The position numbers and the translations under genes are program-made. Below are positions 38,161 through 53,742 of a stretch of DNA of 64,000 bases, one piece after another. Numbering within the stretch: position 1 is the stretch's first letter; each line of letters begins with the position of its first letter. The DNA comes from the human T2T-CHM13v2.0 reference genome, Homo sapiens: the NCBI RefSeq assembly GCF_009914755.1, contig NC_060926.1. One strand, 5' to 3'. The notes beneath the pieces were generated by a model, which was not told the origin of the DNA, made no database searches, and saw nothing but the letters and a program-made list of their open reading frames with translations.

Positions 38161-40836
38161 ATGTGTGACTTAAATGAGTATATCACATTGTCTTGAAATA
38201 GTCATCTTGTGGTGCAAGTAGAGTTCCGTGTGTGTGTTTCAGGGAGCACTCAGACTATAGCGATGAGTTCAGATGAGATGAACAGATACTCAACATTAAA
38301 AAGAGATCTCAGCTGCCTTTAAAGATGAGTTGAATGAATCAGAAGCAAGGTATTTTATCTGATAACCACTCAATTTTATGACTTTATTATTTTTATAAAC
38401 TTAAAATATTTTAAAATAAATCCTCATTTCAATTATCCCACTTTTGGAAATCCATCAGTTTCAGCTTTCCAAAAATTAATCTCCAAACAATATAAAATAC
38501 CACCGATTTAATTTCTTGTCCACAGAATTTTCAAAGGAGTTGTGCTATCTAAGCAATCTTAGGATCTTGCAGCATGAGCTATCTTATAATGGCACACTTG
38601 GGAAGTCCTATATAATAAGGAAAATAATATCTGAAAAATGTGTGATTGCTACAGCTATAAATGGCTACATCTGCCCTTTTAAGGAGTAATCATGGGAAAC
38701 AGCAACAACGTTTGCCACCTCAAAACATTTATAATCTACTTAAGTAGACCATAGCAGTGTAGCCATTCTGCTTAGATATATTTTTCTTGCTACAAACTTA
38801 GAATTATATACAACATAAGAATAAACTGGGAATTACATGATTAAAAATGTAACCAATGAATATGACCAAATAAAAACTGATTTGAATAACCACTATGGAA
38901 AAACAACATGTCACACCTAAATCCTATGTATTTAAGACATATGGAGTGCATCAAAAGATACCATAAAGTGACAGAAAAGATTTATTTTGAACATTGAGGA
39001 AATCTTATTTGTGAGCAGATGCCCAGACTAGCTTGGAGGCAGCAGGTTTTCACTGGGTGACAAATCATATCACTGGGGCATTTTTGTGAAGTCTATAAAA
39101 AGAATGTTTAATAGTAAAATGCATGAATATTGATAATAACAAACAATATGGGCACTTCAAGATGTTTCTGTAGAACATCATAATCACAAAAAATGCCCCG
39201 ACTCTTGAAACAAATGTAGCTCATTCCCATTCCCAGAGAGCAACTGCCTTTTTGTCAGATTTGACTCTTTCAGACAAAAATCAATGAGAAAGTTGTCTGA
39301 ATAAAATGCATATGATTAAACCCTCTGAATGTAGTTATCTCAATAATAATCTCCATATAATCCTTTGTGTTCTTAGAACAGCTAATTCTGGAGAAAATAA
39401 AAAACATTACCCATTTTCTTCTCTCTTTTTAAACTGTGAGTGCAGCCGAACTTCAAGCACCTACAAAATCACATAAAAAGTTTCCTTAGAATTTTCCAGC
39501 AAAAGTGGCTCTTAAAGGATACTAAAAAAAATTAGTCTCAATTCCTTGTTTTGGAGATGAGGACTTTAACACCCACATAACTACGTGACTTACTGAAGGT
39601 ATCAAAATCCATTGGTAGCTCAAGATGAGAATCCAGAAAACCCAACTCTGATCTGGTGTTCTTTCCACCACACCATGACCTCTTTTATATGGAAGAGAGC
39701 AGTGAGTGTGAAAAATACACATTTGTGGATCTTGGGTCTTGAAAATTTATGTTTCCCATAGTTAATATGTTTTTAGCCCAAAATTTTTTAAAACTTTGAT
39801 TTTAAATTTACTATTAGCTGGTCCCAGTATATTGCACTTTCTTCCCAAAGGACTGATGTCATCAAAAAATCTTTAATACTGGTTTGCAAACTCTAATCTT
39901 TAGGGAAGACTTTGGGACAGGAAGAAAACAACACTGAAGAACGAGTAATAGAAATCAATGGGAAAATATTCCTCAGAAAAAGCCATTCCATTTTATATAT
40001 TTATAACTTTAAAGCCCATTATGGATTCTTGATAAAAGATTAAGTCAGGAAACTATTGAAAATTATTAAAAACTCAGGTAGCACAAGTACTTTTTAAATT
40101 TTTCTTAAATCCAACTCCCAAAGTAATGTCTTTTAAAAAGATTCAAGTAGATTATGCTTTAGAGTATTAGCCAAATAATAGGCCAAATTCTAATGACATA
40201 GTGAAGTAAAAACACGACTTCAAAGAAAATTTAGTTCACATAAAATATTTACTCTAAAGTCAAAACTGTATTAAAGAAAACTAATGAAAATATTCTATTC
40301 TCAAAAAAAAAAAAAAAAAAACCAAGGAAATTAACTTTCTTTTTAGTTCCAGTTCCCTGAAAATCCCAAAAGGAAACATTTAATTTTCTAGGACATCCTG
40401 AAAGACACAGGTAAAAACGAAACACAGTTAGAGCTGAATTAATCAAGCAAACATCATTGACAATCAACAGAACTTTCCTGGTGATTAAACACAATTTGAG
40501 ACAGCTGGAGGTGGACCCAATCTAGTAGTAAATTCCAAGGAAACAGAATCTTATGAGTGCAAAATGGTGTTAGACAAACAGAATTTGTAAACAGATGTAA
40601 ACCTCTCAGAAGTTTCAAGACCACGGGGACAAAATCAGAGTGAAAACCAAAAGGATAAACCTTGCATTTTCAAGTTCAGAGATATATTATTAACTTGTAG
40701 CTTCTTGCCTGGTCTTGTTCTTACATTTCAAGTTGCATTAATGCTTACATGAAGTACTCATCTTCACCAATTTTGTAAATATTCCAAGGGTCACATTACT
40801 ATTAGTTTTCAGGAAGGCAGAAGATTAAATACCATA

Positions 40837-41208
40837 TGATATGGTTGGGCTCTGTGTCCCCACACAAATCTCATCTCAAACTGTAATCCCCATAATGCCC
40901 ATGTGTCGAGGCAGAGACCAGGTGGGAGGTGATTGGATCATGGGGGCGGTTCCCCCAAGCTGTTTTCATGATAGTGAGTGAATTCTCATGAGATCTGATG
41001 GTTTTATAAGTGTTTGACAGTTCCTTCTTCACACACTCTCTCTTGCCTGCCACCATGTAAGATGTATCTGCTTCCCCTTCCGCCATAATTGCAAGTTTCC
41101 TGAGGCCTCCCCAGCCATCTGGAACTGTGAGTCAATTAAACCTCTTTTCTTTATAAATTACCCAGTCTCAAGTGTGTCTTTATAGCAGTGCAGAAACAGA
41201 CTAATACA
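40837..41208 (+). mobile_element. THE1D-type solo LTR
   Basis: TGATATGGTTGGGCTCTGTGTCCCC...AGACTAATACA with perfect 5-bp TSD CCATA. Confidence 0.97.
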
Positions 41209-41337
41209 CCATAGTATCCCCAGGCTAGGGTTGCTTTAGTTGTTAATTCTAAATTGTTAAATCTAAATATATCTGGACACTTGCTCAATCTATTTAACAC
41301 TGCATTGGGACAATTTTAAGATTGATTACACCCTGCT

Positions 41338-41452
41338 TAGAGTGACCACACATTCCAGCATGAGGTAACACTAAGTTTATGCCCGGGTCCTGGCTTAATC
41401 ATTAATAACTCTTAAAAGTGTCTAATTTCAATGACAAATCATATTACCACCA
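41338..41452 (-). mobile_element. MER94-like MITE
   Basis: TAGAGTGACCA...GTTTATGCC...ATTAATAAC...AAAAGTGTC. Confidence 0.6.
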
Positions 41453-42384
41453 CCTGTGAAGAAATTTAAGTTACCTCTTCTCTCATTCTTCTGGTCTTCA
41501 AGAAGACATTCTTCCATGTTATATAATTCTAGAAAAGGAGTTAAATGTTGACCTCACCATAATAGGAACATTTCAATATATACCTTGACTTCTTACGTTC
41601 TATCTCCTGTCCCCGTTTCTTCATTACTTTCTATTAGCAGTATAAACTTTAGTTCTTCCTATGGAAATTGTGCACTACTCCTTTCTGCAAGATTCTTCCT
41701 CCATCCTTAGCTAGCTTGGAAGTCTATGCCTAATTTAAAATAGTAAATGTATGAGAAAATGCTTCAAAGCCACTAATTAACTTCCAAATCAATTATTGCA
41801 ATAAAGTCCATTTGTAAATTATGTACTACTTCTATACTGATAAATAATTTAGTACAAAATTTAAGCTCAATAAATGATATTGAATGATCATGTGAATGAA
41901 TGAACAATTCAGAAACAAATATATGTACATGCAGCTTAGTGTGAAGTAATAGAAAAATTATTATGATACAAAGGGAAATAGAATGGTAACAAGATAGAGG
42001 AGAAGCAGCCTAAAATCAAAAGTATAATTAAATTTGAAAGAGTCCTTGCCACACACTGATTGTCCACAATGACCAGCATATTCTAAAGCAACAAAAGTTA
42101 TAAACTCAGTTTACTGGGACCTTTTTCCACCTTTTTACCAAACACCATCAAAATATAACTCAGACTTTATCATAAAAGTCACATGTTAACATAGATTAAG
42201 GCTTTGAAAATACACATTTACCTGACCAAAATGCAACTATTTCTTCAAGCAAAATATGTATACATTTGGTTTCAACCTGTATGTTCAGATTTGGCTAGTA
42301 CTGTTCCCACTTTGTAAAAAGAGGTAGCCAAGAATTCAAACTTAGAAAGGTGTACCTCTGCTTTTACTTTTTCCCACAATTACC

Positions 42385-42580
42385 ACGTTTCTAAGCATTG
42401 TGCTATATTCTGTGGCATATGTAACTTCATTTGATCATCATACCTACTGGATGAGGTACATTTCATAAATGAGAAAACTGAGTTTAGGGAGGTAAGAGAA
42501 CTTTCCCACACAGATAGCAAGAGTCAGGGTCAGTGTTCGAACCTGTGGCTGCCTGATACCAAGTCACAAAATCTTTGCCA
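42385..42580 (-). mobile_element. MIR SINE
   Basis: CATTTCATAAATGAGAAAACTGAGTTTAGGGAGGTAAG. Confidence 0.75.
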
Positions 42581-42696
42581 TGTGTACTTTCTTAATTCAC
42601 TCGTAACTGTTTCTTCACAATCAATTCATTTGTGGTGCTTCTTTCAAAAACTCTCCAGCACCTGCACTGCAGAGCGCAAATCAACCCCTTTAACCG

Positions 42697-43030
42697 GTGA
42701 TTCTCAAAGGTAACTTTAGAACAAACTGAGGAGCTCTTAATAACACCCATGCCAGCAATTCTGATTTAATTGATCAGGGTGGAGTGTGGGCATGGTATCA
42801 CTTAAAAATCTCCTGCCAGAAGTGGTGCCTCATGCCTGTATTCCCAGCTACTCAGGAGGTTGGAGTGAGAGGATCATTTGAGCCCAGGAGTTCAAGGAAG
42901 CAGTGAGCTGTGATTGTGCCATGGCACTCCCACGTGGGCATCATAGCAAGACCCTGTTTCTAAAATAAACAAACAAACAATAAAAGTTTCCCAGCTGATT
43001 CTAACATGTTGCCAGAGCTGGGAAGACTAC
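42697..43030. mobile_element. MER5-type MITE with a nested FRAM/Alu right monomer (42815-42985, plus)
   Basis: ATTCTGATTTAATTG...AAAATCTCC | Alu monomer with A-rich tail | CCCAGCTGATTCTAACATG. Confidence 0.8.
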
Positions 43031-44609
43031 CGGAAATGTGCACACCAGGCCCTCTGCAACCAGCTTGCCTGCTTTGCCAACTCTTATTTCTTGACAGTCC
43101 CACAAAGCCACCACACCCTCTAGGCATGACACGAACAGACCACCATTTGGCACTAATCTGTATGTAAAGAAAGAATGCCTAGCAAAGGAAAGAAACTTTT
43201 TTGGATTAAGATCGCTCTCTTTTTTGCACAAATGCTCAGCCTTTATAGTTTGAGGTTATAGTCTCTGAACCTATTAAAACTGTCTCACAGCAGGAGTTTA
43301 ATGAAGTATCTTTTCCTGCTCTGTTTTTGCTGTCATTTTTCATGAGGCAAAGAAAGATGGAAATTCACAGAATTTTAGAATTAGGTCAACTGATTGTGTC
43401 CCATTGGCTCAGCCAATTTAGAGCATGGCACTGAGACTAATATCATGGCTTTTCTGTTGTCCAGTTGGCTCTTTATAGATTCACAAACACTAACTTTACC
43501 CTTAATCCTGTGTAGGAAATACATAAATGCCAGCAATTATGCAGCTGATCATAATAGGAAAAGGGTATGTATGACTTGGTGAAAATCCAATAGCATCATC
43601 TTGAAATGCAAAGAAGAACATATTTCAAAGAGCAGCAGTCCAGCCAATTTGGACCAATTAGAAGACAGAAGGAAAATAGCTAGATAATCAATAGTCAGCT
43701 GATCATAATATTAATCAAACCTTTCATGCTTCAGTTCTGCAAGCTGATGTTGAATATAAGATAAAATCACTCCCATTTGGGCTCAGCTGGGATTTTGAGC
43801 TTATTAAACAAAAAGAATGAGTTAAATTAACATTCTAACTCAGCATTAAACCCCTAGAAGCAAGAGAATTCATCATAAAATGTCCATCATCTCATCATGA
43901 TTCTGTATTACAACCCCAAAGGTAAGATCACCCAGTGTTATGCGTTTCTCCAACAGAGAACTAAATGTATGAGATTAAAAAACAACACGGTGAGCTCAGT
44001 GCAGCATTGAATACTGTCACATTTGCAGATTTAAGGTATGCTTTATTATTATTTTAATGTGGTTTTGGTCATTCTTCCTTTATTTTTTAATATGGTGGTG
44101 TGACTTGCATTGAGCTACCTTGAAAATTTTCATTTCCAACACAAAGCTGAAATTCCCCAAGACCCTTAATGTTTTACATAGACACTCAAAAGTAAGAAAA
44201 GTAGAAGTTTTAAAGGAGGGACATTCAGATGACTATGTACAATCATGAATTCTTGCAGAGTTATTTCCAGCAAGTATGGAAGGTAAACATGCATTATCAG
44301 TTAGGCTAAACCTAGATACCAGAAATGATCATAGAGGGTCAGCGCAACTCCTGCTCAGGACTTGACCAAACACCAGCTTTCTGTCTTGACCTTCTAGGCA
44401 ACATACACTTAGGAGGACAAGGGCAACAGGCTGGATCATCATCCAGTTACCTGGTGGGATGACTTCTCCTCTATATCTTTTCCCATCCATTAACTGTGAC
44501 TAGAAACCACAAAGTCATCATCTAGCAACTCTACAAGCTTTTTCTGTGATAACTTTTGATCACATCACATTCCTTCCATTTCCCCTCCACTTCTTTCATC
44601 TGTTACCTT

Positions 44610-45690
<1,081 letters not shown>

Positions 45691-45963
45691 TCTTTTTATG
45701 AACAGCAATATCAAATAAAGTATTGAGTTCTGCACAAGTATTCACAGATTCTATATTCAAGTGTTCTGTCCTTTAGTCAACATTTTAAGTCTATGACTTA
45801 TTATCATATGCCAGGTATTATATTGAGAGTCACATATTTAAAGACTCAAGACATAGACCCTATCCTCAAAGTACTCATATACTAACAGGTGAGAAAGATA
45901 TTGTAAAATAAATAATACACAGTATAAGTACAATAATAGAATATGTATACTGCCTGAGTGTAA

Positions 45964-47213
<1,250 letters not shown>

Positions 47214-47861
47214 GCCTGTTCCTTAAATATACCTTATTTTATTATTTTTATGTAAATATATTTAAATGTGAAAAAGAAAAATAAATACCTTGGCCAGCAA
47301 GAACCATGACTGTGACAATTACAGCTAATAATTATAGGTTCTGATTAGGTGAAGGACTATTTTTACTTACTACTCATCTATATTTATTAAAATAAGAGTA
47401 GGCAGAATAATTTATAAAACTCTCCATCTTACTTGATACTTGCTTTGGGAGCTTACAACTTTGTCTAAAAAATAAATAATGGGACTTTTTTTTCTCTATC
47501 AATTTTGCAGATTTTTTTTTAGCTCTTATTTTGCTTGACAAATCAAAGCACAAACTTTAGTCCCTGTTGTTGGTCCTCCCTCAACTCATTGGACCATTAA
47601 GCTTTTACTATATGGTGATTCTTATTAACTATTGGATTTGCTATGTCATGCTAAAGAAGTTTGCCGTTTAGCATGAGGTGTGTCAAGGACAGTTAATCGT
47701 ATTACACAGAAAGCCCTTTCAGTAGTCAGATATGATAAAATGTGATAATAACGTTAACATCATTGACTGGTAAAGCTACTTCTTGAGCTTTTAATCATCA
47801 TTCCAGACTTCTTTAAATGCTGTCTTCCAATCAATAGAAACACTTTAAAACTTTATACCAG

Positions 47862-48161
47862 GGCCAGGCGTGTAGGCTCACGTCTGTAATCCTAGCACTT
47901 TGGAAGGCCCAGGTGGGTGGATTGCCTGAGCTCAGGAGTTCGAGACCAGCCTGGGCAACATGGTGAAACCCCATCTCTACTAAAATACAAAAAATTAGCC
48001 AGGCATGGTGGTGAGCACCTGTAGTCCCAGCTACTCAGGAGGCTGAGGCAGGAGAATCACTTGAACTCGAGAGGCGGAACTTGGAGTGAGCAGAGATCAT
48101 GCCACTGCACTCCAGCCTGGCGACAGAGCGAGGCTCCGTCTCCAAACAAAACAAAACAAAA
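47862..48161 (+). mobile_element. AluS
   Basis: Full dimer, (CAAAA)n tail, TSD AAAACTTTATAC. Confidence 0.97.
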
Positions 48162-48369
48162 CTTTATACTGGAGTAAATGCAACTCACTAATGCTGTTCT
48201 CTTTTCACGTCTTGCCTTCATTTCCAAACCTCATCACATTGTTTATTTATAGTCTTTACTGTTAAGTTGTCATTCAAATGCAAACATTCAAGCTGGGTTG
48301 CACATGGAACTGGGCAGAATTTGGTGTGACATATGAAAGCTGTTGAGTGGCGGTGTGGGGCTTGAGAGG

Positions 48370-49080
48370 TCTAGGTTTAACTTCCAGTTATCCTGTCTTC
48401 AGCGAGTCACTTACCTTTTTGATGATGCTTATTTATTATCAAGTATAACGAGAAAATGTTACTTTTCTCTACTTCTCAGGGTTATAGTAAGGATCAAATG
48501 AAATAATAGTTGGAAATGGGTAAAGAGTTAAAAGCAATAAAGTTCCTCAATTCCCTTTCAGAAACTCCCTTTTTTTTTCCTGCCCAGGCCCATTCTTTAT
48601 GTGGCCCCCACCTACTCAAAACCTCACATGTTGTGCCATCTAACTTGTGTCTCCTGTAATCCGGCTCCATATCGCCCATCAATATCTACCTGTTTTAGGT
48701 TTTAACTTTCAGACCCTAACTTTTATTAAGACATCTATGATTGAAAAAAGAATCTAAAAATAACAACAGCTGAATTTATTGAGTACTTTACCACATGCCA
48801 AATCATAAATTCAATTGCAACCCCACAGCTTTTACTAGGATAATTTCTGATTACATCATATTCCCCGCATGTTCTCTCCACTTGCTATGCAAAAACCTTT
48901 ATATATATTATTCTCACTTAATCTTTGCAACAAATAAAATTGAGTCTATTATTATTCTTGTTTTACAGATAAGGAAACCGAGACTTGGAAAGTGAAGTAA
49001 TTTGTCCATGATCACACAGCTAAATTGTGGTGGAGCTGCGCTTTGAATGCCTCAGAAACTGTTCCATAACTCCACTACTC
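48370..49080. mobile_element. MIR fragments (~48370-48530 plus, ~48760-49080 minus)
   Basis: TTTTACAGATAAGGAAACCGAGACTTGGAAAGTGAAGTAATTTGTCC. Confidence 0.75.
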
Positions 49081-49159
49081 CACTGCTTCTCCTGAATGCA
49101 GAACTAATGTAATGAACAAATGGTCACTCATGCATTACCTTTGAAATTTAACATGCTCA

Positions 49160-50170
49160 TATAATCATAGAGTCTGAAGTTAGAAGATCATCTACTTTAA
49201 TGATCTATCCAACCCTTAAACCTCCTTTATCATATGCCTAAGTCACAATCTGCCTTTTGCTTCAGTAACACCCATGAGGTATCTGTACCATGTCCAAAGA
49301 AAAAAGGAACGCCTTCATCTTCAGACTGCTCTATTGGGAAGTTCTTTATATCAAGCAAAAATCTTTCTTCTTGAAAACTCTGTCTACTGACATTAATTTT
49401 ACCCAAGAGCTTTATTGAAAAAATATAATTCAAATGTTACATAAAATAAGTCCCCTGATAATCTCTTCCCCTTGATAAGGTACTCAGTGCACCTTGACCA
49501 GGCTGGTCACCTTCAAATGAAAACACCTAAGGCCCTCCTCTGCATTTCACCCAAACTCCAGGCACGCTCCTGCCCAGCTGAGCAAAGAGCAGGACTCCAA
49601 CCTTCATTGTTATAGATACTCTATTTCTACAATTCCCATCTAAGAGACCACTAAGATTGTGTGAAACAATCATATCACGCTTTTGACTCATATGATGAGT
49701 TTACATTTTATCAATATTCCTACATCGTTTTTCACTACTTCCTCCACTTACTGTTAGTTGAAACTGATCATGTTGGAGTTGGGCCACTTTTCTAGAATAG
49801 TGGTTTTAACTGAGGCTGCACATTAGAATCACGTTGGGAGCTTTAAAAATACTGATTCCTAGATAGCAGCTGCAGAAATTCTAATTTATTTAGTGTGGGA
49901 GGTGGCTCAGGATTTACATCAATTGTGTCTTCCTATATATGTATTATCCCAGTTTGATAACATCTACAGATTTAATGGCTAAGTCATCAATGTTCTCACC
50001 AAGTCATTGCAGAGTCCTGGAGCCTTCCCTTAAGTTAATATTGGCCAGGTAGATTTTAGGTATAGATATTCAACCAGTTACAAATCCACGAAATTACACT
50101 GTCATTCAGTCCAGAGTTTTCTACTTTGTTCACAAAATAATATCAACAAAGACTTTGTTAAATATCTCAC
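49160..50170 (-). mobile_element. L3/CR1 relics with a MER5 fragment (~49797-49915)
   Basis: ATCATAGAGTCTGAAGTTAGAAG..ATCTATCCAACC; TTCAACCAGTTACAAATCCAC; GACTTTGTTAAAT. Confidence 0.55.
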
Positions 50171-50174
50171 AGAG

Positions 50175-50400
50175 AACTAGTCTAGGGCACTGGTTAAAAG
50201 CATGGATTCCACCCCCACTGCAAATTCAAATCTCAGCTGAGCTAGCTAGATTACTTTGGGAAGGTACCTTAATCTCTCTGTACTTCAGTTTCCCTAATGC
50301 TTACCTATAGGATTGTTGTAAAGATTAAATGAGTTTATACATATAAAACGTCTTGCATATGGTTAGCTTGAAAGTCAACTATCATTCCTGTTATTATTAA
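50175..50400 (+). mobile_element. MIR SINE
   Basis: CTTAATCTCTCTGTACTTCAGTTTCCC...GGATTGTTGTAAAGATTAAATGAG. Confidence 0.8.
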
Positions 50401-50456
50401 GTCTCATTATACACCATTTATTGCATCCACTCCATTTTAAAAGGACAATGATAATA

Positions 50457-50924
50457 TTTGCTGCTGGAGAGCTGATCTGATGCGGTATATAGGCTGAGTG
50501 GTGAGAGATGATGAGGTACCTCGGGGTTTATCGATTATAGAACAGGCTCCTCTAGAGGGATATAAAGCACTGCCAAGTCTTTTGAGTCTTAAGCTGTTGC
50601 TTGTAGTACTCTGGTGAATAGTTTTGTTGGTTGAACTATTTGGGTTTAGAACTAAGCATAGTGGGGTATCTAATCCCAGTTTGAGTCTTAGCTATCGTGT
50701 TTTCAGGGTGTTAAAGTCACTTTTGTAGTTTATTTTTACTTCAGTTGAAGCTTTTTACAGCTTAGACGGAGTTTAGCTTTACTGTAGGTTTACCTTAAAC
50801 ACGCTTTTCACCAGATTTTATTAGTTTGGGTTAATCGTATGATCATGGTGGCTGGCACAAAATTTACCAACCCTGGAGTATTAGTATAGCTTAATCAAAC
50901 TTTTGGTTATTGCTGGTTAAATCA
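50457..50924 (-). pseudogene. NUMT: mitochondrial 12S rRNA (MT-RNR1) fragment
   Basis: Reverse strand carries AAACTGGGATTAGATACCCCACTATGCTT, GTGCCAGCCACC and CTAGAGGAGCCTGTTCTATAATCGATAAACCCC, collinear with 12S rRNA (about rCRS 820-1270 by recall). Confidence 0.97.
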
Positions 50925-53551
50925 GTTGTAGCTGAAGCAAGTGATAAGCATCAGAGATCATTTCCAAGCCATACCCATTTTCTCCTTACCCCCATTAAAG
51001 CATGATTCAGAGCCCATTACAGGATTTCTAACTACTGCAAGAGTGGTATTCATTGCTTACCTTACTAAATCACACAAAAGTAGCTACGTACTTAAATTAC
51101 ACAAAATCCAAAAGCTCCTAGATTAAGAGTTAACTAATTTATTATAACTATACTATTACCCATTGTGCAATAATAAAAAATACAGAAAGTATGGAAAAAT
51201 GACAGAAAAAGAAGCCCTTACAGATTCATTTCTGAATCTGCTTACTCCTGGATATTTTGAAATTTCTTCAAAATGTAGCCTGCCCTCTCCCAGCACCCAA
51301 GAATCCTGAGTAAAGAAATTCCCCTTTAACTTGCTGGAAGGAAGGGAGAGTTCTAGATGTAAAGTCATTTCTTCCATTGTCTGCTTAAAAACCACCACTA
51401 ATGGAAAATGAATCAGAGAAACAGAAAACTGGCAGTACCATAGATCTCCAAGTGAAATTCACACATCAAATTTGAAATGTGAGCAAAAAGATGATTTGCT
51501 AAATGTCCCAGTGGCATTTCAGAGTCCCTGGAAGAAGTCAGGGACAGAGGGCTCCTCATCTCTGACAGTCTAGGTGTTCCCTGGGGGAGGCATCTTTTTG
51601 TCATTCAATTGCCATTTGCCAAGAAAAGATAGCTATTGACCAGCATCACCTTTTAAGAAATTAAAAGAAATAGAATTCTTCAAATTAGGAACTTTAACTT
51701 ACCTTTCAGCACCTTTTCCAAAAATTTGAGGACAAACGTTGTTGGAAGATCTTTAGGGATTGAAATTTAGATTATGGATTCACATTGGTATTTTGCGATA
51801 ACAAACACGTCACACAACCAAATAGGACTGAAGTAAGTAGGAGGACATTGATGCCAACATGGGGACGGGAGTAGACTATTTAAGGTAAAAAGGGATCAGA
51901 ATCTTTTCCTAAAGAGCATAGTTTAAATACAAGAAAAGGCCACCAACATCAGTTTAAACTAGTAGAAGAAGTAACGCATAACACAATAACGTTTATGACT
52001 AGTCAAAAGTGGGAAACAGATTGATGAGTGGAGGCAAAAAATATCTTGAGAGATTTAAAATGATCAGATTGAAATAAGGGTATAGTGTTAACAGACAAGA
52101 AAAAAAGGGAAGAAAACAGGAATTTGTCCACTAGGGCAATAGACACTGAAAAATGAACTAGATTATTTGGTGGGAGTAACATTTAATTCAAAGAAGATAT
52201 GGTTTTGTAAGAAGTACTTTCTTGGGATGGTAGACTTAATCCATTTCCAAAACTTGGGTTAATGGCACTCACATTCAACTGATCAATTCAGGCTCAAAAC
52301 AGGTTCCTGGTTTGAATGTTGCATAACTGACAGAGAACTGAGGTGGCATTTTAGACTGGAAACAGAAAGGTTAGGTTTAAGAAATTACTCCAAATATGTT
52401 GTCCATATTATTTGTTAATCAACTGCAGGTTCTCCTAACACCACATTCTGTTATAGTACATGTGGTTCACTTCTGTGATTTTTTTTCTCATTTTGAGAAT
52501 CAAATTATACACTGATGTCTAGTTTTGACTGTTAAGGATATTAACAAAAAGGAGGAGGGGAATATTAGTAAGTGAGAAAAGAGAAGAAAGGTAATACAGA
52601 AGCTGAGTGGGCAAAGGGGATTTTGCAATATGGCCTGAAGTGACATGAACACTCTCAGCAAAGGACCCTTTATTCCACAGGGAGGTTGCCCAATATCTAA
52701 GAGTAACATTCAGATCCAGGATAGAACATTCTGTTCTGTTCCAGTGTGGTTAAAATTGGGATAGCTTGGGTGTGGGAATGGAGTTTTGGTAAACAGCTGA
52801 GCATGTGCACAATTAATATTATATTAATATGTTATAAAGTTGTTAAAAGAATTCAATAAAAATCTACCTATAAATATTTTGACATCATATGAGGCACACA
52901 GTAGGTATATAATAAATATTGTATCTATTCTATTTTATTCAGCTATGGTAAATGGAATAATTAAAGGATTCCAAAGATTTTCTTCTAGGTCAAGTTTGCA
53001 AGTTACTCTGCCTCTCTGAGAAATCTAGTGGGTGGCAGTCAGAACTAAGTCCTAAAATCAAAAGGGTAACAAATATTTAAATAAAGGCCAGATGAACGGG
53101 TAGGGGAGAAGGCATTGAAAGAGGCACCTGACATTACGCATCTTAACTACAACAAAACAAAATGAATTAATAAGTATCTCAAACCTGCTAAAGAAGGAAA
53201 ATCCCGAAAATATTCTAGTTGACAAGGGATGACAATTAGAAATTAATTGTATAATACTCATTAATTATTCAAAATGTTACTGATACTTATTTAATGTGCT
53301 GCCTTTATTATACTAGTAATTACAGAAGGCTTTCATTTATTATTTGTAATTTAGATTCCATCAGTCCTTTATTTCTTGACACCATTTTAAGTTTCTCAGA
53401 TAGTAACTTTCTTTCCCTAGGAGTTTTCAGGCATAAACCCTAACAGTTAAAACTGATCACTTTTACAGGAATGTGCAGCCTCCATTTTGGCACTGGTAAA
53501 ACCAATTTTCTAGGCCATTACTGGAGACTCACTTTTTTATTTAGAAAGTAG

Positions 53552-53742
53552 GTAGAGTTTCCAGATGCAATACAAGACACTTAGTCCAAGTTGAATTTCA
53601 GCTAAACAACTAACAATTTTCAATATTAAGTATGTCCCAAATATTGCATTGGATATATACTAAAATATTATTTATTGTTTTAGCTAAAATTCAAATTTAA
53701 CTCAGAGTTCGATATTTTTATATACTAAATCTGGAAACCCTA
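53552..53742. mobile_element. MER3 (hAT-Charlie)
   Basis: TAGAGTTTCCAGAT ... ATCTGGAAACCCTA terminal inverted repeats; AAGTATGTCCCAAATATTGCAT core. Confidence 0.88.

Noticed and set aside
43404-43416. Canonical full NFI site
   Set aside because: TTGGC and GCCAA are spaced by 3 nt, not the required 5
47646-47676. 10-bp inverted repeat TCATGCTAAA / TTTAGCATGA
   Set aside because: Too short to distinguish from chance in 64 kb of AT-rich DNA
50457-50924. Functional rRNA gene or bacterial contamination
   Set aside because: Partial, CpG-decayed, mitochondrial-type sequence embedded among primate nuclear repeats
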